A stretch of 64,000 nt of DNA from Auanema rhodensis (taxonomy: Eukaryota > Animalia > Nematoda). The stretch is taken from assembly GCA_964057225.1 (NCBI GenBank), contig OZ059895.1, positions 14,570,001 through 14,634,000 of the forward strand, in the 5' to 3' direction. A program made the position numbers and the translations under genes. This document shows positions 37,510 to 54,060 of the stretch, one piece after another (the first letter of the stretch is position 1; each line of letters begins with the position of its first letter). The notes under the pieces are model-generated. The model did no database searches. It saw only the letters and a list, made by a program, of their open reading frames with translations, and was not told the DNA's origin.

Positions 37510-38155
37510 TTAGGCATAGTGAGCCTTGCAAGCCTTGAAAGCATCATTGAATCCGTTGCAAAGAGCAACATCGGATTGGCTTTGAGAGCTGAAATTGACA
37601 GAAACTTGATTATTTTTTCTAAATATGGATAGCATACCATTCAATGAATTGCTTCCACTCGAACTCGCAAGGTTGGGAATAGGATTGTCCTGGGGCAGCA
37701 ACTGGGGCAGCAGCAGCAGCTGGAGCAGCGGCAGCTTCATTGGAAGATCCTCCAGTGAACATATGACCGATGGTGTGTCCCTAAAACAAAAAAATAGACA
37801 CGTAGCTAAAATATAGCACTTACGACAGCACTTCCAATTGCAACTCCTCCAGCAGTAGCAGCCATTTGAGCCATAAGGCCTGGCCCTTGGGATGGAGCAG
37901 CAGAAGCCATTGGAGATGGGGCAGAAACTGGAGTTGGAGCTGCATGTGTTGGGGCTGGGGTAGGAGCAGCTAAATTATAATAATTAGTAATACAGGTAAA
38001 AATATAATTACTTTAATTTAATTTGAAATTATTGAATAATAATTACCTGGTCTAGAGAATGAAGCTGGAGCTGGGGCTGGGGCAGCTCTGGATACTGGAG
38101 GAGCAGTACGAACTGGAGCAGAAGGCTTAGGTGAAGCAGCACGTCTACGAACCAT
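37510..38155 (-). CDS. har-1: CHCHD2/CHCHD10 homolog
   Basis: MVRRRAASP..., [26 protein letters not shown], twin CX9C ([11 protein letters not shown] / [11 protein letters not shown]). Confidence 0.95.
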
Positions 38156-39598
38156 TCTGTAATAAACACCAATTAAGTACAAATTAAATAATATTAAAGA
38201 TTTGACAATAGCACCGAGCAATTTTTATAAATATAACAGGTAAAATAGATGTGACATTCGCAAAAGAACAAATGCTTAAATAATGCTGCATTATGAAATT
38301 TAAAAAACAAAACACGTCATCCGTACTATTTCAAAATTTATTTGAAGAGCGAAACACGTGATCAAGATCTTTCTAGAAAGTTTGCTGGACACCTGTGGTT
38401 AAAGTAGCTAATGCAATAGTTGGTTGGTATCATTCGGGGCAAAGACGATCGTAATGTGGAATTAAACAACAAACGTTGGGAAAAATTGTTTGACAGATGA
38501 AGCTTATATTCAAAATTGAAATTTAAAAAGAGGTTTATCATAAACAAAAATATTAAAAACTTAATGTAAACAAAATTAAATTACTTCTGAAGTGATATAG
38601 TTTTTTGAGTAGTATTTTCCATTTTTTCAAATTATTTTCCGCGTAGCTAATATACTTAGTACCGTAATTATAACCAGTATTAGAACCAGTTTTCTCTATT
38701 GTCTTATATATGGGTCAGATAAAGAGTGAATGATACGTATATTGGACATCGAACTCATCTATTTATGTATGACTGAGGAATTATCAAAAGTCTTCCTCCC
38801 TCTCATCCCGCTCCGAACCATAATGCAACATTACTCGCAAATTTTATAAATTTTAAATGTTATTGACTGAATGTAATGAAACTTGAGAATATATAACAAG
38901 AACTTTATCCATGATACTGAACTTGCTTGTTTTAAGTTTTATTATTGTCCTTGTTTAACCTACTTTAGTTGAAATAACCGCAATTCTATTTTAATATACC
39001 CTTTTCAAGTCGTTATTAGTGACTGACGGTGTGCTAATGTTTCTCATTATTCGCATAATTTCATTACTATTTCCAATATTCTTTTATATTTTAATCCATA
39101 AATGTGAAGAATAGGCTGCTAGATAACTCTTATGCCCACCCATCTTGTCTTTTGAGAGTTACTATTCTTGAAGACATAAGAAGACTCCTCGTCTTCAAAT
39201 TCTAGTCTTCTTTTGAACTTTTCTGTTCAATGCCAGTGTTCTGATATTTTTTCCAATCGCAGCAATATTTTTATAGTATTATGTGAAATATTTGAATTTG
39301 TATTGATTTGGCTACCATAATCCTTTTAATAGAAATGATAAAATTGTAATGATATTCTTTTAAATAAATGTTATATATTCAAACGTTTATTTAAAGAGAA
39401 TTTGTTAATGCATTATATATTCTAAAGAAAATTCGATATAGGAGAGTCGTATTTACTTTACGCCTGTTCTGTCTTTAGATAACTGTCATTTCACGACTAC
39501 AACCTCCTTGAAAATGTTCGTTATTGCTCTCATTTTTCTTTTTTTTTCTCTTTTCTTTCCCTGTAATCATTATATTTAAAGGATTTTAAATGTGAACA

Positions 39599-41173
39599 AT
39601 GGGTCTTTTTTCTCGTCATGGTTACCGGCTTTTAAAGCCGCGTGGAGTATTCCGGAAGCTTATGCTTAAGTATGATAAAGCTTCCAATTAAAATTAATAT
39701 TGAATATTATTTATCAGGGAAGTAGCAATACCTTTACTTTTTGGTATAGTCTTGGGAATTATTATTGGCCATATAAGCTTCAGTGTTAGTACGGATGACG
39801 CTGAGCAGATGCATGTTAAAGTTAATTTTCATAGTATGTTGATTTGCTTTTATTTAACTTAAAATAAAATTATAGATGAAGAATTTAACAATTCGTCATT
39901 GTTTGTACTAAGATGCGTGATAATGTTAAACCCTTCAGCTAAAGTTAGTTGATTAAACAAACATTCTTTTAAAACTTATTCCAGAAACTTAGTAGTTTTC
40001 TAATGGCCATTCGTGATACATATGGAAGTATGTGTAATCAAACTATTTATTATACTAACGATAAAAAACTATATCGACAAGTTAAAGGTCTTTTAATCAT
40101 AAATTTTTCTTAATTTTTATTTTTTTTTAAATTTCAGACTTGAATATTGTTTACTTAGACAACTCTCAAAATTCTTATGATTGGGACTATTTCTCTATGA
40201 TTGCTCAAAAAAGCTCCCAGGTTTCTTATTAAAATATAGAAATATATTCACAAAATGCCTTACAGCCACCAGCCGCATGGACCATATTTTTGGATGAACA
40301 AAACGCATTATTTGTTGGAAATTTGAGAAAAGCTGTCTTGAACTTCAATCATCAAGAACCTCTAATATTAGCTAGAATTGTCAAAGACATGTAGCTTTAT
40401 GCATGTGATTTTTATAATTCAATGATTGGTTTTCAGGTCAATTTCAAATTATATTTTTCCATTTTGGAACCGTGTGCGCATTCCCATACAAGGTGGCGTT
40501 CTAATGACAGCGTCAGCAATCTCTGCACTGCGATCCTGCACAGATGGCTTTTGGCCACGCTATACTGAATCATCTCTCTATTCATGTGCTCAACAAAAGA
40601 ATATTACATTAATTGATCCCATAGATGAGGTTTAAATGAGTTAATAAGGCTTCAAACAATCTTTTTTTCCAGGAAGGAATGCATTTGTTCAATTACATGA
40701 ACTTTAAAACTGTAGTTTCTGCTGCTTATCAAGCTAAAAACAAAGGAAATAAAGTAAGTTATCTTCTTTGAACTTGTCAACTTTTGCTCCTCTTTCAGTT
40801 GGGCTTTGATTGTTGTTCTGACCATGCTCTAACTTTCGGACAACTAACACATAAAGAAATTAGGATGGCTTTTTATACTTCAAGCAAATTAAAAATCTTT
40901 GGAAAATCGAAAGGTTCCAGTTCAGCTTCACTTTTCATTTAATTTTCTGAATTTATTGCAGACGTTGAATACGTAGACGATGATTATGGATACCCACCGA
41001 AAACCACAACGAAGCCTACCACAAAGAATCCAACAACAAAGAAAATGAGCATAATTAACAAAATTAATCCGAGTACAGGAAAGAAAAGTAATGATACATT
41101 ACTTTCTGGATTAGGTATGTTAAATGATACTAAGGGTGATATTGATAATATTAAAGCGGATATATTGAACTAG
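39599..41173 (+). CDS. GT31/C1GALT1(T-synthase)-like type II membrane protein, probably degenerate active site
   Basis: N-terminal TM, LRCVIM, AIRDTYGSMCN, WTIFLDEQN, GGVLMT, DCCSDHALTF. Confidence 0.7.
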
Positions 41174-41343
41174 AATATTTAAATTTATAAGCTCCAACAT
41201 ATTTTGATGAATGTGTTGATAGGAATTTGAAATTAATCTGTGATTGAAATGCTCCTGTATATAGATGTAAAATTGAATGATTGATAATAAAATTTATTTA
41301 TTTCTAGCATATATTTACAAATAGACCACGACTTATCGTTGCA

Positions 41344-42802
41344 TTAAACAGATGGTGGAGTTTGTACGTTGATAAGTGATCCAATCTTTTGAGGAAGAAC
41401 TTCTAATTCTCTAAGAGTTAGTACTTTATCGTTGTTAATATCCAAAGCTGAGATGACTTTTTCAATTTCTGCGGATGAGATCTGAAGAATTTAAGGGTTC
41501 TTTTATACTTCAAAGCTGTTAATTGTTCTAACCTGTCCGTATTGGTTAGCGAAAGTGTGGATTTCTTCAGCAGACAGCTGATCATCTCTATTGGCGTCAA
41601 TGAAGGAAAGAAGCTGAGCAGCCATCTCGCGGTTGATTTCAGTTTGGCTTCTTGGCTTGTTGAAGAGAAGCTGAGCTTCGAATTCGGCAAAGCTAAGCTG
41701 ACCATCCTTGTTAGTATCAGCAATAGCCAAAACTCCGGTAATAATTCTAGAATTTATTAGTGGTATAAAGAATTTTTCAGAATGAACTCAACCCGTCGTC
41801 GAAAGTTTCACGAGCTTGAGCAATTTCTTGGATATCAACAATTCTGTCATTATTAAGATCCATTCTCTATAAAGTTTGAGTTCAACTTGAGATAAAACTT
41901 TGATTTAAAATCAACCTTGAAAATCTCTTCAGCAGCATCAATTGGTTTCTTGCTTAACTCATAAGCAAGTGGTACGAACTCGGAAACATCAAGCTTTCCA
42001 TCATTGGATTGATCGAAATTCTTGAATGTGCCTTAAATCATTTGAACAAGGTTAAATGAATGACTCATATCTTCATACTTCTGATGAATTCCTCGTCATG
42101 ATCTCTTCTCTTCAACTTATTCCAACGTTCGAATTCATTAAAGTCAATTTCGCCGTTTCCATCAAAGTCAACGTCATCGAATGGAGTAACTAGAATGATT
42201 CATCTTAGTTAGCCTTGTCAGTGAATAATGATTATATAGAAGCTAGAATTTTATTGGATTTATCAGAAGGCATTTGGCCTTGTATACACTAAAATATCGT
42301 GTTCAGCTACATGGTCATCAAAACATTGCTTCACATTTTAGGGGGAATGGGAGTTTATTAACGCGAAAAATTGCGCATCGGCATGAAAAACGGCGGGTCG
42401 TCACTTCATAATCCGGTTTAAGCTACTCTTTGCCAGATAAAGTCCTTTCAATAAATAGCTAAAACAGATATAAACGAGTTCCATATCATGCCCGTATCTC
42501 GATTGAAAAGTTTAGAATTTAAATTTAGTATTTACAGTAAAGTAATATGAAATGAAAAGCAAAAGATTATAGTTTGATAGAATAAGAATTACAGCTATAG
42601 GATGGTGTGCTAATTAAATTCAAGTTATTGGGTAGTGTTATAGAAGAATATAACTAATAGCTTATCTTAGATAAACATATATTATAAACTAGTTAATTTA
42701 GAAAAGAAATTAACAGGAACCATTAGTGTTAGCCATTTCCATATCTGCAAAAACAATAGAAACGCTAACAAAAGCAATCAAAGCCACCAATCGCATTGCC
42801 AT
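41344..42802 (-). CDS. Secreted/ER multi-EF-hand calcium-binding protein
   Basis: Signal peptide MRLVALIAFVSVSIVFA; six DxNxDG-type loops (DFDGNG, DQSNDG, DLNNDR, DTNKDG, DANRDD, DINNDK). Confidence 0.85.
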
Positions 42803-43554
42803 ATCTGAAACGTTTAATGATTGAAATAGAATCAGGAAGATGAAACATGCTGCTAAGCATCATCATTTTTTAATGAAATAGGAGTATATGTTTCTAAAGA
42901 AAAATGCAAGAATGTGAAATTAATGTAAAGATCTTTAATACAAAAAAGGAAGAGAAGGATGGTTTGAGATGGTTCAACTACGTAAAAGGACAACTAATGA
43001 AAATGTTGAAGAAAAAAATAGAAGACAGCCATTTTCTGTAGTAAATAAGTGAATAAGATGTATGACAATAATCTTATTGTATTAAATCCAAGAAACAGAC
43101 GAAATGACTTTCGCGAGGATAGAAGATGGGTATGATGTAAGCGAGATATCTAAGGGGAGGAGGAACTCGTCTCTAAACTCGTTTGTCGCACGGATATGTT
43201 ACCATCAAGGACGAATATTCGTAGTGAAAGCTTCTGTTTATATGTTGATTGAATGGATTTCATTCATCAACTATAAGGACGACATTTTTTAATGCAATTG
43301 ACAAATAATTTGAGAAGAAAGTACTTTTCATAGTAAAATGTATAAAGAACACACAAGATTGCAATCTTTTCCATAGAAGTGACGTTCAGGTTTGTAGACA
43401 ACCGGTCTGCAAGAATGAAATGAGCTAAATGAAAAGTCAAAGATTACATGAAAGTAAATTAGATTTGCGTGAAACTGTTCATTTTTAATTTACTAAAACG
43501 TGAACTCGGTCGTTCATCAGCTAATTCGTTCCATAAAAATTTGAATTTTGAAAA

Positions 43555-45377
<1,823 letters not shown>

Positions 45378-45523
45378 GAAGAAAAAACAACATATAAAAC
45401 TTAACATAAAATTAAAACATAAATTATGAAAGATTCAATAAATTAATTTACAAGAATATGCATATATAAAATCATTTTTGTCATTAAAATACCCTTAATG
45501 AATTATTTACTCATATTCACATA

Positions 45524-47101
45524 TCACAAAACCATTCCAATTTCCCCTGAGTGAGTAGAGTCTGTTAGAGATATATTCTCAGGGCAACATGGCAAGACGA
45601 AAATATCAGTAGACCATGAAACTGTTTCTACATCAATATCTGCAAAATTCAATTAAGCTTATAATCAATTAATCTTAATTATTTACTTATTGGTGCTGAA
45701 GAAAGCCCATATAGATTAGCATCAATTAAATTTTTACTTGTTACAAATTCAAATCTTAAACGCCATTTCAGATGTACTGAAAACAGATCTATAATAACCG
45801 AAAACTTAGCATACTAACCAGTGTCAGTGAAAAACGTGGGATTAGCGTGCATAGGAATGCATAATCGGAATGTTCCATCTTTGGTGAAAGCACATACTTC
45901 TTGACTACTCGCGAGAACGGTTGTTTTACTCTTAAAGCTTCTTCATTTTAAAGTATTATTAACAAGTTTTACTCGATGATTATTGTTTTCTGCTTCTTCT
46001 GCATTTGCAGGTTCGGGAAGGGATTCAACAGATTCTAAGTCAACGGAAAATTGTACACAGTTAACATCAGCATCTAGAATAAGTCTTAAGTTGAATTTTG
46101 ATATATTTAAACAAATGATAACCTCTGAAATCTAAATGTCCTACAATTTCTTCCCCTAATCTGAATACTTTCTTATATAATGTCAGGAATGTGACGCGCC
46201 CATTGGCATTCGTCATACTAAAACTAAAAGGCTTTCTGGGTGCTGTCATTTGATCCACAACTGATGAAACCATCTGAATATTTGCCCCGTTTAAATTTGA
46301 ATGAAAAAAAGTTTAATAGACCTCAGATAAACTATTGCTTGGCGGAGTAATGAAGGGATTTGTACTTTGATCCAGCTTCATATCAAGTGTAACAGATGGA
46401 ATGATTCTGAACAATTTCAGTGAAAAACATGATTAAATCTTGAGAAAAATAAAGTTTTTAAATATTGTATTGATCAAAGTGTAACGTTTCAATCATAATC
46501 ATGTTTTTGTTTGAATTAATATAACAAACGTTAACAAACCTAACTGGAATGTGCATAACTTTGATTGGAGCTCGAACATGTTGTACAGCTATATTAATTT
46601 TACTTAAATACTTAATAAAATGACCCCGAAATGATGGAGGAACACCATTTTCTGGTATCTTTATCTGGAAAAATGTCTTATATCTTCAATAATTCCTGAG
46701 TAATACACAACCTCAGTTTGGAATTGCTTTTGCTCGCCTGGCCCAATATCTAAATCACAAAAAAGAATGAGCGGTAGAGAAGAATATACAGTTGAAGCGC
46801 TCTTAGATATGGCTGTAGTAGGTCTTTCAGATGCTGTATTTTGGGCTCCAAATATTCTTTCTTGAATAATAAACAGATTCGACTATATTAAAATATTTGT
46901 ATTTACCCGATACTAACTGAACACTTCCCCAAGCAAGATTTTCACGGTCTCTCTTCGATATATTTTTTAAAATGACCTAAGAGAGGATCATATTTCCTTT
47001 ACTTTTTGAATAGTATTGAAAGATACCTTAACAGTTATAACTTCTCTTGCTAAAAATACAGCTCTAGGTCGATTAACAAAACCTTGAACTTGTATAGGCA
47101 T
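45524..47101 (-). CDS. RGP1: RGP1 homolog (RAB6A-GEF complex partner 2)
   Basis: VFLAREVI, ENLAWGSVQL, ILFCDL, PPSFRGHFIKY, PTFFTD...WRLRFEFVT. Confidence 0.88.
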
Positions 47102-47309
47102 CTGCAGATGATACAAACTTATAAATTAAGATATTAAAAACTTGAAATATAAATAGTTTAAACTATTGGATATGAAAAATCGTTAACATTGCATTTGATG
47201 TACACATATATGCATAAATAACAATCTGAACAACATTTCCTAGCGTATACGACTTGTACAAACAATCAAATTATACCTCTTCAAATTTTAACAATTAATA
47301 CAAAGCTAT

Positions 47310-48737
47310 TCAAACAGAGATCTTAGACGCATACGAAAATGCTTCTATAAGTTCTAAATTTGTAAAAAATAAAAGCAGAGTATGCTGCAGCTAATGAGAT
47401 AAGCAATATTCACAAACACCACTAGTGAGATTACGCATCTTACCAACTTCTCCTTCGTTATTATTACTAGGTTCTTCTTAAATGATCACATCAAGAATAT
47501 TCAATTTTATTGAATAAACTTACGAAAAGTACGAAGGACGGTTATTAAATCGACTTTCATCCAATCATAAGATGCCAACGGATGGGGTTTGGCATTGGGG
47601 CTACTTGAGATTAAACCTATAGATTACATTATAACCGATGCTAACACATGATTAACATACTATTATTTGTAAAACTAGTACACGAATTAATTGAAAAATC
47701 TACAGGATCAGCAGAGACATCTTCGGCTTTGCTTTCACAATTTTGGTCTTCAGGAGCAGTTTCAACTTCTATGTTCGTAAACTTAGGAGATTCTTCTTCA
47801 GTTGGAGTAAGTGGAAATGACCATGTTTTCTAAGAACAGAAAACATATTTTGGAAAAATATTAAACATTCCAAACCTTAACAACTGTTGTATTACGAGGA
47901 ACTTCTTGAGCTGGTGGTTTTACAGGGGAAGTCTAGAAACACCTCAGTTAAAATAAAACAAAAGGAATGTTATCAACCTTATGTACAGGTGAAACTTGAG
48001 CAGGTTTAGGTAAGCTGTTAAGAGGAATAGCATGCCAACATTTTATTTTACCGCTCATCTTCACCTGAATCATACACATTGATCTAACACCAAAAATTGA
48101 AAAAGTATACTCTGAGCTCATGCTTCATATCTGTAACAGCAGCTGTTCTCCACTTAACATTGCTTTTCATAGTTGGAGCCTGCTCCTTAGCAACAAATCG
48201 GACACTGGATCCAGATGAAAAAATCTGAACAAATAGCTAAACAAGGGAAAATGTGTCTTCCTATACCGAATTGATATTAGCTACTTGTGGTAAAACGTTT
48301 ATTCTTGTACAAAATATATTATATTTGGTTCCTTGCTAAAAATGAATAAATTGAATTATAAAATTAAACAAAAATCGAATTACCGCGGTATGTTCTATGA
48401 AACAAAATTCTCCTTTGGCATCAATATTTAAAACCTTTCCAACACCTTCTATGACCTGGGCATGTTTAATAAACTTAACCTTAGAGGCTTTCCACTTGGG
48501 TTTCCATCCAGAGCTTATATACATTAACTGTTCTTTCTAAATAAATTAAGATTAGATGAAAGAAGATTGGAATGGAAAACTAACACTACTAATAGCTACA
48601 GCATCAAATTCTACAATATCGTCAGGCAAATAATCTCTTTTTATTAACTCTGGAGGAACAATGACCGCTGTGCCTTCATACCTGAAACATAATATTGAGA
48701 AAAAGCTTGAAGGCTGCAAATCTTACCGCAATGCCAT
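47310..48737 (-). CDS. Multi-exon protein of unknown function (beta-rich N-terminal half, possibly OB-like)
   Basis: Series of open exons with canonical short introns (DIVEFDAV...WKASKV, VRFVAKEQ...WRTAAV). Confidence 0.5.
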
Positions 48738-49144
48738 GTAACTATTTAAAGATAAATACATGACAGTGCCCTTTTGCCCAGAGAGCGATGTCATAACTAA
48801 ACCAAATAAGTAACAAAGGGCAGTCTATAAGAAAAGAAAAAAGTTAAAATCAAAAAAACATCTCTAGCAAATAAAGATAGAAAGTCATTTAAATAGTGTT
48901 TGTAAGTGAAAACAATAGTTGCCTTCAAAAAAGAGAAGTTGTCATGGTGATATAGTTAAGTATGATAACTTTCCTATAAATACAAAAAAATGTAGTAAAG
49001 AAAGCAGATGTTTCGAAATAAAAACACGAGCAAGAAATAGCAATATAATAAAGTAAGAGATACAAACGGCTCCAAACCGTTTAATACGAGATGAATAGTC
49101 CAAATCTAAGCTTTATTTTTCTCTAAATAACACGTCTTTTATCA

Positions 49145-50647
49145 CTATTGACTAGATGACATTGAAATAGATTCAGCTTGCCTGTTTTTGAGCACATTTT
49201 TCAAAAAATATTCACCAGCTTTATATGATGAACGAACTAAAGGACCAGAAGCAACATAAAGGAAACCCATTTCTTTAGCAACTTCCGCCCAATAATCAAA
49301 TCTTAATTTGACACAAAATATAAAATGAAAAAGTGGAAAGCACACTCACTTCTCTGGGGTTACCCATTCTTTTACCAGCAAATGACGCTTAGTTGGCTGC
49401 ATATACTGACCAAATGTTACAACATCAACTCCGTGGTCCCGTAGGTCAGCCAAGCTTTGTTTAATCTGGAAATGGAGTACAAATTATCCTAATAATCATT
49501 TTTTTGAAATCTTACTTCGGAATCTTCTTCTCCAAGTCCCAACATTATTGAAGTTTTAGTTATTACTTTAGGATTTGTGTCTTTGACACGGGCAAGTCCG
49601 GCTAATGATTGACGATATTTAGCTCTGGGATCACGTACCCAGGGTGTAAGGCGCTCAATAGTTTCGATATTATGTGCATAAACATCTAATCCACTACTAA
49701 AAAGGTGAAAACGAATTTGATTTTACGCTCAAGGTTAAAGACGCTTACGTTGCCATTAGGTCAATGCTGTTCCAATTTCCCGCAAAATCTGGGAGAAGAC
49801 ATTCAACTAGAAGTTCAGGCTTCTTTTTTTTTAATAATTCAACAGTCTTCCTCAAATGTGCAGCTCCTCCATCTTCTAAGTCATCTCTAAAAATTTACAA
49901 AATATTTTGTTCGAATTCAGCAAATGTTGTTTACCTATCCACCGATGTTAAAACAATATAATCGACACCCCAAGAAGCTACAGCCGATGAAGTATTTTCA
50001 GGCTCCAAAGGATCAAGTGGAGGAGGAAGCCGTGCAGTTTTAACAGAGCAGAATCTATTTTTTTTAAGTTAAATTAGAATTTACCAATGAATTGACAACT
50101 TACCTACATCCTCTCGTGCATGTGTCACCCATAAGCATGATGGTAGCTGTAGATATCGAATCATCAGCGCCACCCCAACATTCACCCAAATTTGGACACC
50201 TAAACAGGAAAATAATTATGAAATTAAATTGTTAATAATAAACCTGGCTTCTTCGCATACTGTGGCTAATTTAAGATGTTTCAGTTGCTTTTTGAGTCTC
50301 GCTACATTATCATTATCACTTGGTAAAGACTATAATGAAAATAAAATAGATAAATAAACAGAAGAAAACATACTTTTTCCTTTTTTAGCCATGGTGGTAG
50401 TCGTAATCTCTTATCTCCTCTTTCCAATTTCAGTTTTCCTTCATACTTTGACACTGCTTCCGCAACACTTGCTAACAATGGGAATGTAAAGATTGTTTTT
50501 TTTAGGTTTCAGCTGCTTACTGCTGGAAACAAAGTCTTGGAAACTTGGGCCATCCTTTATAGTGACTTTTCTTTTGTTAACACTGGAAACAGCTTCAGTA
50601 CAGTAACGAGAACATAGCGAATAAAAGCAAGAAGACCGATGAAGCAT
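49145..50647 (-). CDS. lias-1: Mitochondrial lipoyl synthase
   Basis: [26 protein letters not shown] radical-SAM motif, [14 protein letters not shown]. Confidence 0.96.
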
Positions 50648-51451
50648 TGATCGAAGTTGAAGCCAAAGCCTGAATCGATAGTAAAAGAAATAAAACAAAT
50701 CCATAGATATTTGTGTATAATTATGTGCATTTTTAATAAAACAATATTTGTGTTTTGTTTTTCGAGACAAATACGAAAACAACTAATTAAGTTTTTGAGG
50801 TAATAATTGAGGAATCGCATGTAAGCGTGAATTCAAAAATTAATACGTGAGCTATCAACCAACTGCGTAAATAATGCTTCATCTCCTGTTACCTCCTTAT
50901 CTTCTAATCAAATAGATGAGAAGATGGACAGATGAAATAAGAAAGAAAAAGGTAAAAAACAATCAATTACTTCAGTAAATCAGGATTCCGTTCACTCTTT
51001 TAAAGGCTATCAATCAATAGTGTGTCAGTCAAAGCACAAGTTACAGTGCCATCTAAGAGGTCGTTTTATGCGGTAGCCTTTTTCACGGGGTGTTCTTTGA
51101 TGAGCTAAAAATGAGAAAATTTATTATAAAAGGAAAAGAATAATAGGCCACATTACGCTCTCTGTCTCCATTTTTTGTGATCAGTCAAAGATGCAGAAAT
51201 ATGTGAGAACATGAGTTGAAATAAGATGAAAACATATGCGATATAACAAGCAGCCACAACAACTTGAGCCAGTTTAATATTGATTTTTCAAGCTCAGCTA
51301 GAAATCAGATCTTAGATCTCGGCTTGAACAATATCCATTTTGTTATTCCTATATGTATATTAGTCTATACTATTAATCCTACATTTCCAACCCTATTTGT
51401 ATTCTTGAAGAAAACGAGTAAAACGAATTCAACGTTTCTAAAAAAATTGAA

Positions 51452-52514
51452 ATGAATGCCGATCAAATCAGAGAATTATTTACTTCTATAGCTGTACTAA
51501 GTCAGCAAGGCGACATACCAGGCAAGAACACTCTTATTACTATGATATATAAGTTTTTAATTTAGTTCAAGCCTACTGTATGCTTGTAGGAAATCATTCC
51601 CCTGAATTATTAGCCGACCAACTGCACCAGCGGTGGTTGGCAGATGAAAAATTTGTTAGCATTGCAGCTAATATAGTGCTACATATTCACAAGGTAAATA
51701 GAAAAAAATTAATTAATAGATAATAATGTGTATGAAATATTAAATAAAATAGAAGAATTAAACTATAAATATTAGGCTGATAAAAAGAATATGGCACTAC
51801 CTTCGGCTATACTTGCTCTTTTACTCAATGATTATCGAAATAGGCTAGAAGTGCGTGCAAAATCGTCACATATGTTTAGAAATAGTGTGAGAACATTGTT
51901 TGAGTGAGTAGAACTACCAGTTCATGAAGTGACATATATATATATGTAGCTGTGTATTCTAGAATGTATACAATTTACTTGCAAATTGATGAATATGTTT
52001 CTCAATGTTTCGTGAAACCTATGTTTAAATCGTTGGATATGTTGATTCATCAAGAACCTGATCCACAAGACATTGAGGTTTGAATATATAATTTGAAAAT
52101 AAAAGTGTATGCTATGAAGACAATGGCTCTACTGCTAACAAGGTATGGCAAAAGATTAAATGAGCTGAACTCTCTTTGGATTGATAATCTAATCACAAAG
52201 ATTCGAACGAAATTATGCTCGGATGATCCGGCTATTAGTTCAGATTTAAGGCGGATTCTACTTCATGTAAGTATTAGCAACAAAGCTGAATATAAAGTAA
52301 TCATTGCCAGGTGCACGACCTTTGGTCGTTCGGCTGGAATGAGCTGCAGATCCCGGAGGTTTTGACAGCAAATTATACTGATGAGGTGCCAGATCAGGTA
52401 AGCTTCATAATACCATATTAACTAGAAGATATATACCACATACTTCAGTATCCTATACAAAGGAAGCGTGATATACAGAAGAAAGATTTTGGCAGTAAAG
52501 AAAGTATTGTATAG
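51452..52514 (+). CDS. MIF4G-like domain protein (SLIP1/CTIF/PAIP1-like)
   Basis: Helical domain with LLLNDYRNR and RRILLH|VHDLWSFGW, resembling the MIF4G terminal helix motif. Confidence 0.6.
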
Positions 52515-52829
52515 TAAGTCACAGTACTGCTGTTGCTGCAATAAAATAATTTTAAAATATTAAAACGCGAATTTCTTACAACAATTGATGTTTACAGATT
52601 TTCATAAAACATTTCATAAGGCTTGTTTATAAATTAGTCATCAAGAAAAAAGCGTAGTTTCGCGCTTTTGAATCATATTTCCTTTTTGTGGTCGTTTTTC
52701 TTTTTGATTCAAAACTTGCTGCACGTCGCAGAGCAGGTGACCATCCTGAGACAAAACAGGGAATCAGGCCATTTATCTAATAATAAATTTGAAATTCAAA
52801 TTTTAATTATCTTCTTCTTTATTGAAAAT

Positions 52830-54060
52830 AAAAAAAAATTGTATTTATTGGTAATGAGCAGCAGCCACGGCACCACATTATCGTTTGAGCTATCTTATTG
52901 CCATGTTTTTAAATCGCATCCATATATGTTGTAGTGCTTCTACTTCATGATGATGGCACAGTTAACCATAAGCGACTGCTACAAGAAAACAAGAATCATT
53001 TATATGAATCTGTTGGAAACAAAATAATAAAAAAATTATTTTACAGGTAATATGAACTAGTATCTATAACAGGAATTGTTTCCCTCACAGCACATTCATA
53101 CAATTAAAAACCTCGCCATACAATGTTATATCTTGTCCAGTTTGAGAAAAAGCAGAAAGAGAGGATGGAAAAATCGTGGATTATGGGAGATAATTTCCGT
53201 ACTGCTTCGTGATCTTTTTCAAATTGAGCATGCAATAGCTTTAAGATTGAGATAGATACCTTTAGTAAATTACTTTTCACATAAATATTGCTCGAAACGT
53301 GCTCACCGATAGAAATTTTGCTTTTTTTGGATAGTTGAGTGAGTGAATAGGTTTAAATATTCTCCAAATATGAAAAAGTTAGCTCAGATATACTTTTTAA
53401 TGCTCCGTCAGTTACGAAGCTCACTGAATTTTTGAAGTAAATCATGACCATACTCCTTTGAATGAGCTTGAAAGCTAAACAACTTTTTTATACAATGAAT
53501 ACAAATATAAAAATATGAACGTACGAAAACGTATTCGCTTTACTATTCTTGTTACAATTTTCTAAACTATATATATCTCTGGAAGCGTCCCTCTTATATA
53601 TATCTGAAGATTACTTATACTTTCGGCTGAGGTGTGTTGCAAATTCTTCTCGAACTTTGATAATACCATTGAACAAAGAGAGCAATTCGACGAGGCGCGA
53701 TGGTATTAGAGTGATATTTCACTTTCTCTCTGAAATTAAGAATATTTTGAACTTCGGGAAATTTGACAAAGCTTCTCTTACATCCCTATTGCCTTGAAGA
53801 TTTTGAAAAAGTGATGTTTGATTTAAGGATATTCTTTCTAAACTACACTTCTTCCAAACGAAGAAGTCTGGATATAGCATTCGAGTCAATACACAGAGAT
53901 AAAGAAACTAATTCCCATATGATACCTCCATGTATCATGCCAGCTGCCAAATTGATAGATTGTTCGCAGATCTTACCATACGGCATCTTTGCTTTCTGCA
54001 AACGCTCTCCATATGTTGTGGTGGTTCTTCTTAATGAAGGCACGCTTATCAAATATACAG
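52830..54060 (-). CDS. Probable gene of unknown function; exon structure unresolved
   Basis: Coding-like segments with splice signals, but no consistent full model or family. Confidence 0.25.
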
